DNA of 64,000 bases from Eledone cirrhosa. Taxonomy: Eukaryota. The notes below the pieces were generated by a model. The model made no database searches and was not told the DNA's origin. It saw nothing but the letters and a program-made list of their open reading frames with translations. The DNA lies in NCBI GenBank assembly GCA_964016885.1, contig OZ024750.1, forward strand, positions 45,880,001-45,944,000, written 5' to 3'. Both the position numbers and the translations under genes were made by a program. Of this stretch, positions 1-11,297 are shown piece after piece. The stretch's first letter is position 1, and each line of letters opens with the position of its first letter.

Positions 1-288
1 GTTAGAAATCATCAGGACTACATATCCAGTGCTTTTATCGAGAATGACACAGCTAGAGACTTATAGAATACTTAGCTGTGTACAGGAACTGGTTTGAAAG
101 AGCGGTTGCCGGTCCGGCAGAAATTAGAAATTGGAATAAATGCTCTGAAATAGCGATATATATGTGAATATAGACATAGAATATTCGAAAATATTCTGTA
201 TGTTTATAATAAACATTTTGAAGACCTAATCGCTATAGAATAGAATACGTCACGTATTACAATTAGATTCTCGATAAAAGCAAGGGAA

Positions 289-331
289 GTAATCTACGCG
301 TTTCATTCTTGTTAGAAATCATCAGGACTAC
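289..331 (-). ncRNA. Type I hammerhead ribozyme (310-bp unit, inverted arm)
   Basis: Reverse complement of the motif at 754-796. Confidence 0.88.
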
Positions 332-753
332 ATATCCAGTGCTTTTATCGAGAATGACACAGCTAGAGACTTATAGAATACTTAGCTGTGTACAGGAACT
401 GGTTTGAAAGAGCGGTTGCCGGTCCGGCAGAAATTAGAAATTGGAATAAATGCTCTGAAATAGCGATATATATGTGAATATAGACATAGAATATTCGAAA
501 ATATTCTGTATGTTTATAATAAACATTTTGAAGACCTAATAGCGATTAGGTCTTCAAAATGTTTATTATAAACATACAGAATATTTTCGAATATTCTATG
601 TCTATATTCACATATATATCGCTATTTCAGAGCATTTATTCCAATTTCTAATTTCTGCCGGACCGGCAACCGCTCTTTCAAACCAGTTCCTGTACACAGC
701 TAAGTATTCTATAAGTCTCTAGCTGTGTCATTCTCGATAAAAGCACTGGATAT

Positions 754-796
754 GTAGTCCTGATGATTTCTAACAAGAATGAAACGCGTAGATTAC
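754..796 (+). ncRNA. Type I hammerhead ribozyme, minimal, with palindromic stem III
   Basis: GTAGTC-CTGATGA-tTTCT aaca AGAAt-GAAA-CGCG-TA-GATTAC. Stem I is GTAGTC/GATTAC, extended by ATTCTCGATAAAAGCA (730-745) / TGCTTTTATCGAGAAT (803-818). Cleavage triplet GUA. Confidence 0.9.
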
Positions 797-1063
797 TTCC
801 CTTGCTTTTATCGAGAATCTAATTGTAATACGTGACGTATTCTATTCTATAGCGATTAGGTCTTCAAAATGTTTATTATAAACATACAGAATATTTTCGA
901 ATATTCTATGTCTATATTCACATATATATCGCTATTTCAGAGCATTTATTCCAATTTCTAATTTCTGCCGGACCGGCAACCGCTCTTTCAAACCAGTTCC
1001 TGTACACAGCTAAGTATTCTATAAGTCTCTAGCTGTGTCATTCTCGATAAAAGCACTGGATAT

Positions 1064-1106
1064 GTAGTCCTGATGATTTCTAACAAGAATGAAACGCGTA
1101 GATTAC
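1064..1106 (+). ncRNA. Type I hammerhead ribozyme (310-bp unit copy)
   Basis: Identical to 754-796, offset +310. Confidence 0.88.
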
Positions 1107-1373
1107 TTCCCTTGCTTTTATCGAGAATCTAATTGTAATACGTGACGTATTCTATTCTATAGCGATTAGGTCTTCAAAATGTTTATTATAAACATACAGA
1201 ATATTTTCGAATATTCTATGTCTATATTCACATATATATCGCTATTTCAGAGCATTTATTCCAATTTCTAATTTCTGCCGGACCGGCAACCGCTCTTTCA
1301 AACCAGTTCCTGTACACAGCTAAGTATTCTATAAGTCTCTAGCTGTGTCATTCTCGATAAAAGCACTGGATAT

Positions 1374-1416
1374 GTAGTCCTGATGATTTCTAACAAGAAT
1401 GAAACGCGTAGATTAC
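1374..1416 (+). ncRNA. Type I hammerhead ribozyme (310-bp unit copy)
   Basis: Identical to 754-796, offset +620. Confidence 0.88.
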
Positions 1417-1683
1417 TTCCCTTGCTTTTATCGAGAATCTAATTGTAATACGTGACGTATTCTATTCTATAGCGATTAGGTCTTCAAAATGTTTATTATA
1501 AACATACAGAATATTTTCGAATATTCTATGTCTATATTCACATATATATCGCTATTTCGGAGCATTTATTCCAATTTCTAATTTCTGCCGGACCGGCAAC
1601 CGCTCTTTCAAACCAGTTCCTGTACACAGCTAAGTATTCTATAAGTCTCTAGCTGTGTCATTCTCGATAAAAGCACTGGATAT

Positions 1684-1726
1684 GTAGTCCTGATGATTTC
1701 TAACAAGAATGAAACGCGTAGATTAC
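1684..1726 (+). ncRNA. Type I hammerhead ribozyme (310-bp unit copy)
   Basis: Identical to 754-796, offset +930. Confidence 0.88.
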
Positions 1727-1865
1727 TTCCCTTGCTTTTATCGAGAATCTAATTGTAATACGTGACGTATTCTATTCTATAGCGATTAGGTCTTCAAAAT
1801 GTTTATTATAAACATACAGAATATTTTCGAATATTCTATGTCTATATTCACATATATATATATAT

Positions 1866-2100
1866 GAAGGCGTGTGGCTGAGTGGTTAGAGAATTGGATT
1901 CGCAATCGTGAGGTTGTGAGTTCGATTCCTGGAACAGGCGATGCGTTATGTCCTTGAGCAAGACACTTTATTTCACGTTGCTCCTTCTACCTGGAGTTGC
2001 GACCGATAGATAGTATTAGCAATTGCAAAGACCAACGGAAACATAGTTCCCTCGGTCCGATTTGACGAAAGTCGATCGTTCCTATATAATCGTTCCTATA
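1866..2100 (+). mobile_element. tRNA-derived SINE, family A
   Basis: Pol III A box TGGCTGAGTGG and B box GTTCGATTCC. Homologous copies at 37090 and 45224. Flanked by (TA)n. Confidence 0.8.
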
Positions 2101-2142
2101 ATATATATATATATACATAAATATATATATACATATATATAC

Positions 2143-2209
<67 letters not shown>

Positions 2210-2543
2210 AATGGGTGAGAAAGAAAGGAAGAGAAATGAGTATAAAAGAAAGTAGAGAAGCCTTGTTTGAATGAGATAAACCCAATGAGTGAATGAGTGA
2301 ACAAAGGTGACCTCCAAGGTCAGGCGTCGAGTGAACTTAGTCAAGAAATATAATGAAAAAAGCACTTTAGTGAATAAATGCATAAAAGTCTAAAACAGCT
2401 AAAGCCTGTTAAATGAAAATGTGATAAAACGACAGACAGCACTTATAGAAAACATTAATAAAACAAGACGAGGGTAATGTTACGTCACCAGCAAGAAATA
2501 TTACCAGAAAGGCAGCACGACACTGCCACAAATTTCTCTCGTT

Positions 2544-2599
<56 letters not shown>

Positions 2600-2603
<4 letters not shown>

Positions 2604-2730
2604 AATTAATATATCTAGTGACATATATATACACAGATGCATACTTATGCTAGCAAATATATAGGTTTTGTCTTAGTAACTTTGTAAGTAAGTTAATTTT
2701 ATAATTTTCTTATTTTTCGTCTCCCATATA
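2600..2730. mobile_element. Short fold-back fragment of the ~522-bp HHR element family
   Basis: 2600-2684 is the reverse complement of ~20774-20856, and 2685-2728 matches ~20699-20742 forward. Flanked by (TA)n. Confidence 0.65.
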
Positions 2731-2906
2731 TATATATATATATATATATAAGACGGTGACTGTCTTTGTTTATTTATCTATATTTGTATGTATGTGTAGG
2801 TGGATATATGTATATATATATATGTGTGAGTGTGTGTGTGTATATATATATATATGTTTATATAAATATATATCTATATATATATATATATATGTTTATA
2901 TAAATA

Positions 2907-2961
<55 letters not shown>

Positions 2962-3383
2962 CTACGTACGTCCATACATCTATACATGCATGAATATATA
3001 CATAAATTCATATAAAGAGTAAAATAAAATTTCTTGTAATGGATGATATATTTTTCAACCAGAAAACTATCCTACGTCAGCCATCAAAGGGATGACAATA
3101 GAAAAGCTGTACAGCGCAACACTTTTTACTGAGCATGCGTGGTACTCATTAGAGATGTTGAGTAATAAGCTATAGTCTCATATAATTAATGCTAAATACA
3201 TATATATTATATATATTATATCTACCTAATTCTTTGCTTCTCTTTGCTAGAATATATGTTTTTTTCCGCCATTGCTATCGTGTTTCGAATGCACACGCAT
3301 CCGTACACGACCACCCACGCACCCAAACACGTACACACACATACAAACACACGGATATACCCACACACACGTATATATATATG

Positions 3384-3426
<43 letters not shown>

Positions 3427-3630
3427 CCTTCTATCCGAATATATGTCTTTCACTTCATCTATCTACCTAATTATAAGCAAGCATGGCCGCAGTCTAATGT
3501 CTGAAACTTTTATAAGAATGTACATATATATATATTTATATGTTTGTATATGTATATATATATATATATATGTGTGTTTGTATGTATGCGTGAGATGTGT
3601 ATGTAAACATTCATACATCTACATACGAAA

Positions 3631-3750
<120 letters not shown>

Positions 3751-3908
3751 GTACGTATCTACATATTCACACATATATAGTGTGTGTCTGACTCGATTAG
3801 CCCCTAAAATATATGAAATATCACTCATATGATGCATGTTACAGGGTTCTAATTCTCTTTCCATACAATTATCTCTTTCTTTCTTTCTTTATTTCTCTCC
3901 CACTCTCT

Positions 3909-3976
<68 letters not shown>

Positions 3977-4004
3977 TTCGCTATATATATATATATATAT
4001 ATAT

Positions 4005-4185
4005 AACGAAGGAAGTGTGGTAAGGAACCAGAAGGACCATAACACACCAGAGTACTCAATACTTAGGGTAGTAGAGTGGGTAATAGGAAAATGTTTAACC
4101 CCAAGGGCAGAGCTCAAGCCGCTTCGACGAGAAATATCAGTCGAAACGGCTTGCGCTCTGCCGTCGGGGTTAAACATTTTCCTAT
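4005..4185 (-). mobile_element. Fold-back element (family F) retaining the 3' half of a hammerhead
   Basis: Homologous to 24948-25141 and 37345-37468. Hairpin ATAGGAAAATGTTTAACCCC...GGGGTTAAACATTTTCCTAT. Contains GAAA-CGGC..GCCG-TC-GGGG. (TA)n on both sides. Confidence 0.7.
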
Positions 4186-4384
4186 ATATATATATATATA
4201 TGTGTGTGTGCGTGTGAGTATGTGTGTATATGTGTGAGTGTGTGTGTGTGTATGTGTGTATCTGTGTGTATGTGTGTGGTGTGTGTATGTGTGTATCTGT
4301 GTGTGTATGTGAGTATGTGTGTATCTGTGTGTGTCTATGTATACTTTTTACAGACGAAGATTCTTACATAATTCTTTGCTCAGT

Positions 4385-5270
4385 GAAAATTCCACCTCAA
4401 AGAAATCTCAGGCCCATAACTCTTTTAAACAGAGAGTTTAAGATATTTGCCAAGGTGTTAGGGAAGCAGTTGGCACTTGGGAAATCCCGCCCATGGCTAT
4501 ACACCACACCTCCACCTCATGACATACGTCACAGTGAGGTTAGGTTATTAAACTGGCTTTTGTTGGAGTATGATCAATTTAGGACAATGGTAAGCTCTCG
4601 ATAGGGTCGACCAACGATACCTTGACGTTTTCCTGAAGGCAGTTGGCTTCGGTTCCTTCATCGCAGGCGGGATCGCTGCAATTGACAAATCCTTCCTACG
4701 TGTAGGAAGGATCTGACTAACAAGTGAGTAGATGGAGAACATCACCTCACCATCTTCCTTTAGAGGAGAAGGTCAGGCAATTTGTATCTGCTCGGTGGCC
4801 AATTCGGAAGAGGTCGTGTGGTGGATGCGTTTAAAAGGATTGAATACAGCCACATTACTCGTCAGCAAAGCTCTTATTACAGTTTTCAGGTTTCACTTGA
4901 AGAGGAAAATCAGGGAAGTGCTGTCCTCCAACTATATTGTTGAAATGTGGTTGAGAGTGTAGAGGATGGCCGTGTGAATGGGCCTGCCTTGAACATACGC
5001 CTATAGATTAGAGATCAAATAAGAGAGGGCACTTTGCCCTATCGCACAGGGTGACGGTGGATTTTTCTCGTATTTCACCACGAGTGACACGTGGAGTCTC
5101 CCCACCTTTGGGGAATTTAATTTGTTATGTTTGTTATTTTTTTTAAATGTTTATTTTTCTTAATCTCTCTTATAAATGTTATTTTACACAAACAACTAAC
5201 ACTGGATCGTCCTACACCCTAGTTAATGTTTTCTTAATGTGAACCCTGTGTGGCTAATAAAGAAATTATT
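4385..5270 (+). mobile_element. Degenerate, internally deleted L1/Tx1-like LINE remnant
   Basis: NLRPITLLNREFKIFAKVL resembles L1-clade RT domain 1; RVDQRYLDVFLKAVGFG is a domain 4-like stretch. The 3' UTR ends in AATAAA plus (ATT)n. A similar 3' end lies at 5625-5820. Confidence 0.65.
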
Positions 5271-5280
5271 ATCATTATTA

Positions 5281-5612
5281 ATGTTCTGAGTTCAAATCCC
5301 GCCAAGTTAACTTGTGCCTTTCATCGTTACGGGGTCGACAAAATAAAGTACCAGTAATACACTGGGATAATTGCTGGCCTTGTGCCAAAAGTAAAAACAA
5401 TCATGATTATGACTAGGGCGGTGGATTGGTAGTATCTGTAGAGAGTCGGCCAACATGCTTTGAAGCATAGAGTTACAGCCCTTTACGGTCGGAGATCAAA
5501 TCCCGCCGGGGTTAACTTTGCCTTTCATTCTTACGGGATCGATAAAATAAAGTAACAGTAATGCGCTGGATATTTGCTGGCCTTGTGCCAAAAGTAGAAA
5601 CAATTATTATTA
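5281..5612 (+). mobile_element. Two tandem copies of tRNA-derived SINE family B
   Basis: B box GTTCAAATCCC followed by GTTAACTTTGCCTTTCATC..ACGGGGTCGATAAAATAAAGTACCAGT; (ATT)n tail; many other copies in the window. Confidence 0.75.
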
Positions 5613-6626
5613 TTATTATTACTCCTGGTGTGGTTTTAGCCATGAGTGACCCTCGGAAGTTTCCCCTTTATTGGGGAATTTTTTTTATTTGAATTTTATT
5701 TATTTAACACTTTTCAGTCTTTTATAACCTTTTTACACGGCCAAAACCCACCTTGTATCGTCCTGTGCCGTCTGTAATGTTTTTCTTTATGTAAGCCCTT
5801 GAGGCCAATAAAGAAGCCATTATTATGACTCCTATGCTTATTCTTCTCCTTAGTCTTATTAATGTAATGATGATAAAGGATAACAATATTAATTACGATG
5901 AGAAGAGTGAGACTAATAATTAATTTCTTTATGACAATCTAATGTCAGACACATACACACACATTCATACACACACACATATTATTCATACACTTACACA
6001 TACACTCACATATATAGATGGGTATAAACAATAACTTCATGAGCAACATCAACAACAACAACAACAACAACAGCAACAACAACAACAACAACAACAACAT
6101 CAGCAATAACAAGAAAAAAGAGTGTTCGCTTGGTTTAGAATTCTAAGTTTCATAAAATTGAGGGACGCCCGCAAGGCTAACAAGTCTCAATGCATTTTAT
6201 CGAATGAAAACTTGAAAAAAAAATTCTGAAAAAAATCACATGGAGATAAGGCGTAAGCAATAATAATAATAATAATAGTAATAATAAAAATAATAATTTT
6301 GATAATAAAAATATTAATAGTTTTGATAATGGTAATAATAAAGAGGATAATGATAAATAATAGCAATTATGCGAACACTAATACAAATATATACGTTCCT
6401 CATTACATATTTCTTAATTCTTAATTACAAAATTAAGGATACAACTAATTATATTATAAAAAACATGTATATATGTACATATATATATATATATGTGTGT
6501 GTGTGTGAACGAATAAATATATAAGCATATGTTTATAAATATTTATAAATATATTTACATATGTATATGTATATATACATATGTATATAAATATATAAAT
6601 ATTTATACATACACAAAAATACACAA

Positions 6627-6698
<72 letters not shown>

Positions 6699-7048
6699 GT
6701 ATATATATATACTCATATATGTATATACACATATATGTATGTATATATATATATATATATATATGGGTATCAGTGTATGTGTGTGTATATATATATACAC
6801 ATATATGTATATATATATATGTATATATATGTATATATATATGGGTATGTGTGTGTGTGTGTATGTGTGTGTGTGTGTGTGTACATACATGTGGTGAGAT
6901 TGAGAGATGGTGAGAGTAATGTATGTCATAAACAAATACATCAATTAATAAAACTAATAAATACTGGAAAGTTGGTGAAACAGAGGTGTCAGGCTGTTGT
7001 AATCTAATTACTGAAATACACACACACACACATATATATGTATACACA

Positions 7049-7083
<35 letters not shown>

Positions 7084-7125
7084 ATATATATACATATATA
7101 ACTATATATATATATATAGATATAT

Positions 7126-7175
<50 letters not shown>

Positions 7176-7423
7176 GGAATAGAATGAAAAGAAATTTCAT
7201 TTCTCACACTTAGTACGACACTTACTTAAATGTAAGTATGTATGTATGTATACGTACATACATATATGTATACAGACGTACAGTAGTATGTATATATATT
7301 CATACATGCACACATACATGTCGGTGTGCCCGGCCGACTGCAGTCACTCGATATGCAAATTAGGCTGCTCAGCCGTTAATATGCATAAGGAAAGTATATA
7401 CTTTCAGACCTTCAACCATCTGG

Positions 7424-7482
7424 CAGGAAGGTATACGATGCAGACGATTGCTAATAAGCTTGAAACTAGTACATCGTTCCTG
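7424..7482 (+). ncRNA. Degenerate type I hammerhead (core CAGACGA)
   Basis: CAGGA..ACGATG-CAGACGA-ttGCT aata AGCtt-GAAA-CTAG-TA-CATCGT-TCCTG. Stem I is perfect and stem III is palindromic, with one core substitution. Confidence 0.6.
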
Positions 7483-7771
7483 TGTCAGTGTTGAACAAAA
7501 AGGTAACGTGGTTGCCTTAAACACAGTACGGCGTAATTCGGACTGTTTTTTTGTTTACAAACAAACCGAGCATTATAATAAATGTTCGGTAAACCGATAC
7601 GTGCATATATATGTGAGCATGTATGTAAATATATACATACTACTGTATGTCTGTATACATATATGTATGTACGTATACATACATACATACTTACATATAT
7701 ATATAAATATATATATATAAATATATATATATAAATATATATATTTAAATATATATATATAAATATATATT

Positions 7772-7815
<44 letters not shown>

Positions 7816-7860
7816 TAAACAAATAATGAACAAACAATTCCTTATATTAAACAAAAAAAG

Positions 7861-8015
7861 TTCACTATTTAACGATCGTTTCTAGGGTATATATGTGTTG
7901 TAATTGGTATGCATATTTAACAGATCTATGTACAAAATTATACAAAATTATACAAATTATCAAGATTAAATATACATACCTAACTCATATATACGCCGTC
8001 TTCAGAAATAATGAA
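7861..8015 (-). ncRNA. Type I hammerhead in PLE pseudo-LTR (long stem II)
   Basis: Minus strand: TTCATTATTT-CTGAAGA-cGGcGTATATATG...CATATATACCCta-GAAA-CGATCG-TT-AAATAGTGAA. Confidence 0.82.
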
Positions 8016-8784
8016 GTATATTTATTGATAATAACAACAATTCAAAATATCAGTTCAAAATTGACCAATGAAAACACAAAGGGTTAAAAAGCAGTTTGGT
8101 GTGTGTATATACATGTAAAACACTACACACATTTTACAATAATGTGTGTATAATCTGTATGTGCATACTAAAAAGATGGATGCAAATAAAAAATTTCAAG
8201 GTTAATATCTCTGTAAGCTTAATGCGCTGATAAGATACGCAATGATACTTATGGAGTCAAGCATATAAATATATTTTGTTCATACTCACACATATCAGTA
8301 TAATCACACATACATGTGCGTATATATATAAATATACACATAACCACGAACACACAAACACACACACTCCCCCACTCACATTTATATATGTGGATATAAA
8401 ATCATAAGCAAATAGAAATTAAGTCACTCACATAAACACACTGGTACACACATTTCAAGATCAAGATACAGAAATTAGGTGGGAGGGGGGGGGAGGGGTC
8501 AGTATTAGACTGTCAGACCAGACAACCTTAATATAAATGTATCTATAAATTATGAAAAATAAAAAAATAAAAACAATAAAATATAATACATATAATATAA
8601 TGTACATACGCATACAGATATACATACACATACAAACATGTATGCGCACATAGAGATATCTATACATACATACATACACACATACCTATACTGTCATACA
8701 CACACATACATTTACACGAACATACACATACACATATAAAAAGATATAAATACGGACACACACACGCGCAACACATACATACAT

Positions 8785-8831
<47 letters not shown>

Positions 8832-8940
8832 TATACACACACACGTAGACTCATATATATATACATACACATACATACATTTATACACAAACATATATAT
8901 CCCACACTCATACCACTATAAAAACACATACAAACATCCA

Positions 8941-8989
<49 letters not shown>

Positions 8990-9202
8990 ACATACACACA
9001 CGTACACACATATGTATATATACATACATATATACACACACACACATATATATATACACACACACACATAAAATACAGACATGCACATATATATATATAT
9101 ATATATATATTTCATTACTCTTATATATACACATAGTATATATACATACACAACCTCACTTATACACATATACACATAAGTTATATTACAATAATAATAA
9201 AG

Positions 9203-9247
<45 letters not shown>

Positions 9248-9390
9248 TATACACACATATACACATATACATACACATACATACACATACATACATACAT
9301 ACACATACATACATACACCTAAATATAAACATATATAAATACACACATACGAATAAAGACATATATTCACACATAGACACCTATATTCAC

Positions 9391-9424
<34 letters not shown>

Positions 9425-9454
9425 CTATATACACACACATACACATACATACAC

Positions 9455-9492
<38 letters not shown>

Positions 9493-11297
9493 GCACACAC
9501 ATACAGACACACATACACACTCACATATATATATATATATATATATATGTGTATGTGAGTGTGCGCAAATACATATATATATATATACACACACACATAC
9601 AAACACACACAAACTCATACATATGCATACGTACACACACACACACATATATCACATAGATACGAAGATAAACATATAAATAGAGAGACATACAAATATA
9701 TACAGAACCCATATACACATACATACAAACACGCATATACATATATATACATATATACACACATATATATTCCTATATACAAGCATACACATACACACAC
9801 ATATATACATATACATACACATATACATACCACACATTCACATACACGTACATATATAATACATATATATACATATATATACATACATATGTATGTACAA
9901 TCATATATACACACTCAATCTTACATTCATATTTACATGCTCATATATGTATTTTTATATTTAGAAATAAATACCAAAAAAAAAAAAAAAAAAAAAAAAA
10001 CCTATATAGACACCCATCTACACATATATTCATACATATACACTTACAAAAACAGATGATAATAGTATGGGGGAAAGGGGGGGTTTGGAGAAGGGGATCA
10101 AAGTAAATATATGTTTCAAGAAACATATAATATTTTCCATATCTTAATTCAATGTATGTTCCTACATATTTTCAGTGCTAGAAAATACGAAATCTATGCA
10201 TCACAAAATAAAAAAGTATACTATTAATCATATGTCAACTAAACCAAAGATAGTCAACATATTGATTTCCAAGGTATAAATTAGTTAGGTTTATAATATT
10301 TGAGGCAGAATTATGAAGTCAAACAGTAGTAGATTATTAATTACATTATAACTAAATTAAAGTTAATAACGTTATGGTATCAATATTAGGAGATGAATTT
10401 AGTAATAGGGAAAAGAAACCCAAATAAAAATAAAATAAAGTATTACATCGGTAGTAGCATATAAATTATATGTTAACTAAGTTAAAAATTATATATTTAT
10501 TTCAATAGTATATGTTAATTAGTATATGTTAATTAGGTATACAATACATAAAGCAGATATTGTATTTCATCAATAGCATAATATAATTATACGCAAATAA
10601 AAATCAAAATTAATACGCACACATATACATATACATACACATACACATACATATACATATACATACACATATATATATATATATATATACATATATATAC
10701 ACATACATACATATATAGTCACATAAATATACATACAGATACACATACAACACATACATATACATATACATATAGATATACATATCTTTTTCAAAAAATT
10801 TTTGCACAGAATATATTAACTAGGTATATATCCAAAAACACCTCCCATTCTATGATTACATGACATTCTGCAATTCGTCTGTACAAGGATACTAATTTTA
10901 AGCAAATTAAAGTTAAAATTAAAGTTTTAGGTTGATTAAAGCTAAAACCAAATAATAAATATATTTCCAAAATGTATATTAATTAGGTCAATAATACTAA
11001 AAATTCTTTCTCCGTCATAGGATACATGATATTATTTTGTTATATTTTATCTGTAAAAGAATTATAATAAAAAAAATTATAATAAAAGGTTAAACTAAAT
11101 TAAAAAATTATAATAAAAGGTTAAAATAAGTTAAAATTAATCTATAAATTAAATTACTGAATATATATTAGTAATATTTAAAGGTTTTTCAAAATTAATG
11201 ATTACATAATATTTTCTCATCTGTAATAAAATATTAATTAAATTAAATTTATAGGTTAACTAACATTTAAATTAAATTAAATTCTAGAATAATGTTA

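Larger units (their letters stand above)
1..1859. mobile_element. 310-bp tandem array (non-LTR retrozyme-like) with one type I hammerhead per unit; inverted at ~540 (at least 1.7 units on minus, ~4.25 units on plus)
   Basis: Exact 310-bp periodicity (units at 541, 851, 1161, 1471, 1781). Bases 1-540 are the reverse complement of the right arm. Units are near-identical (one substitution seen at ~1559). The array ends in (TA)n. Confidence 0.9.

Noticed and set aside
1866-1945. Functional tRNA gene
   Set aside because: It lacks a proper acceptor stem and continues into a conserved multi-copy body, so it is a SINE head.
7893-8087. 64-aa ORF repeated three times (7893, 14115, 19376)
   Set aside because: It is antisense to the PLE hammerhead region and repeats only because the terminal repeat does.
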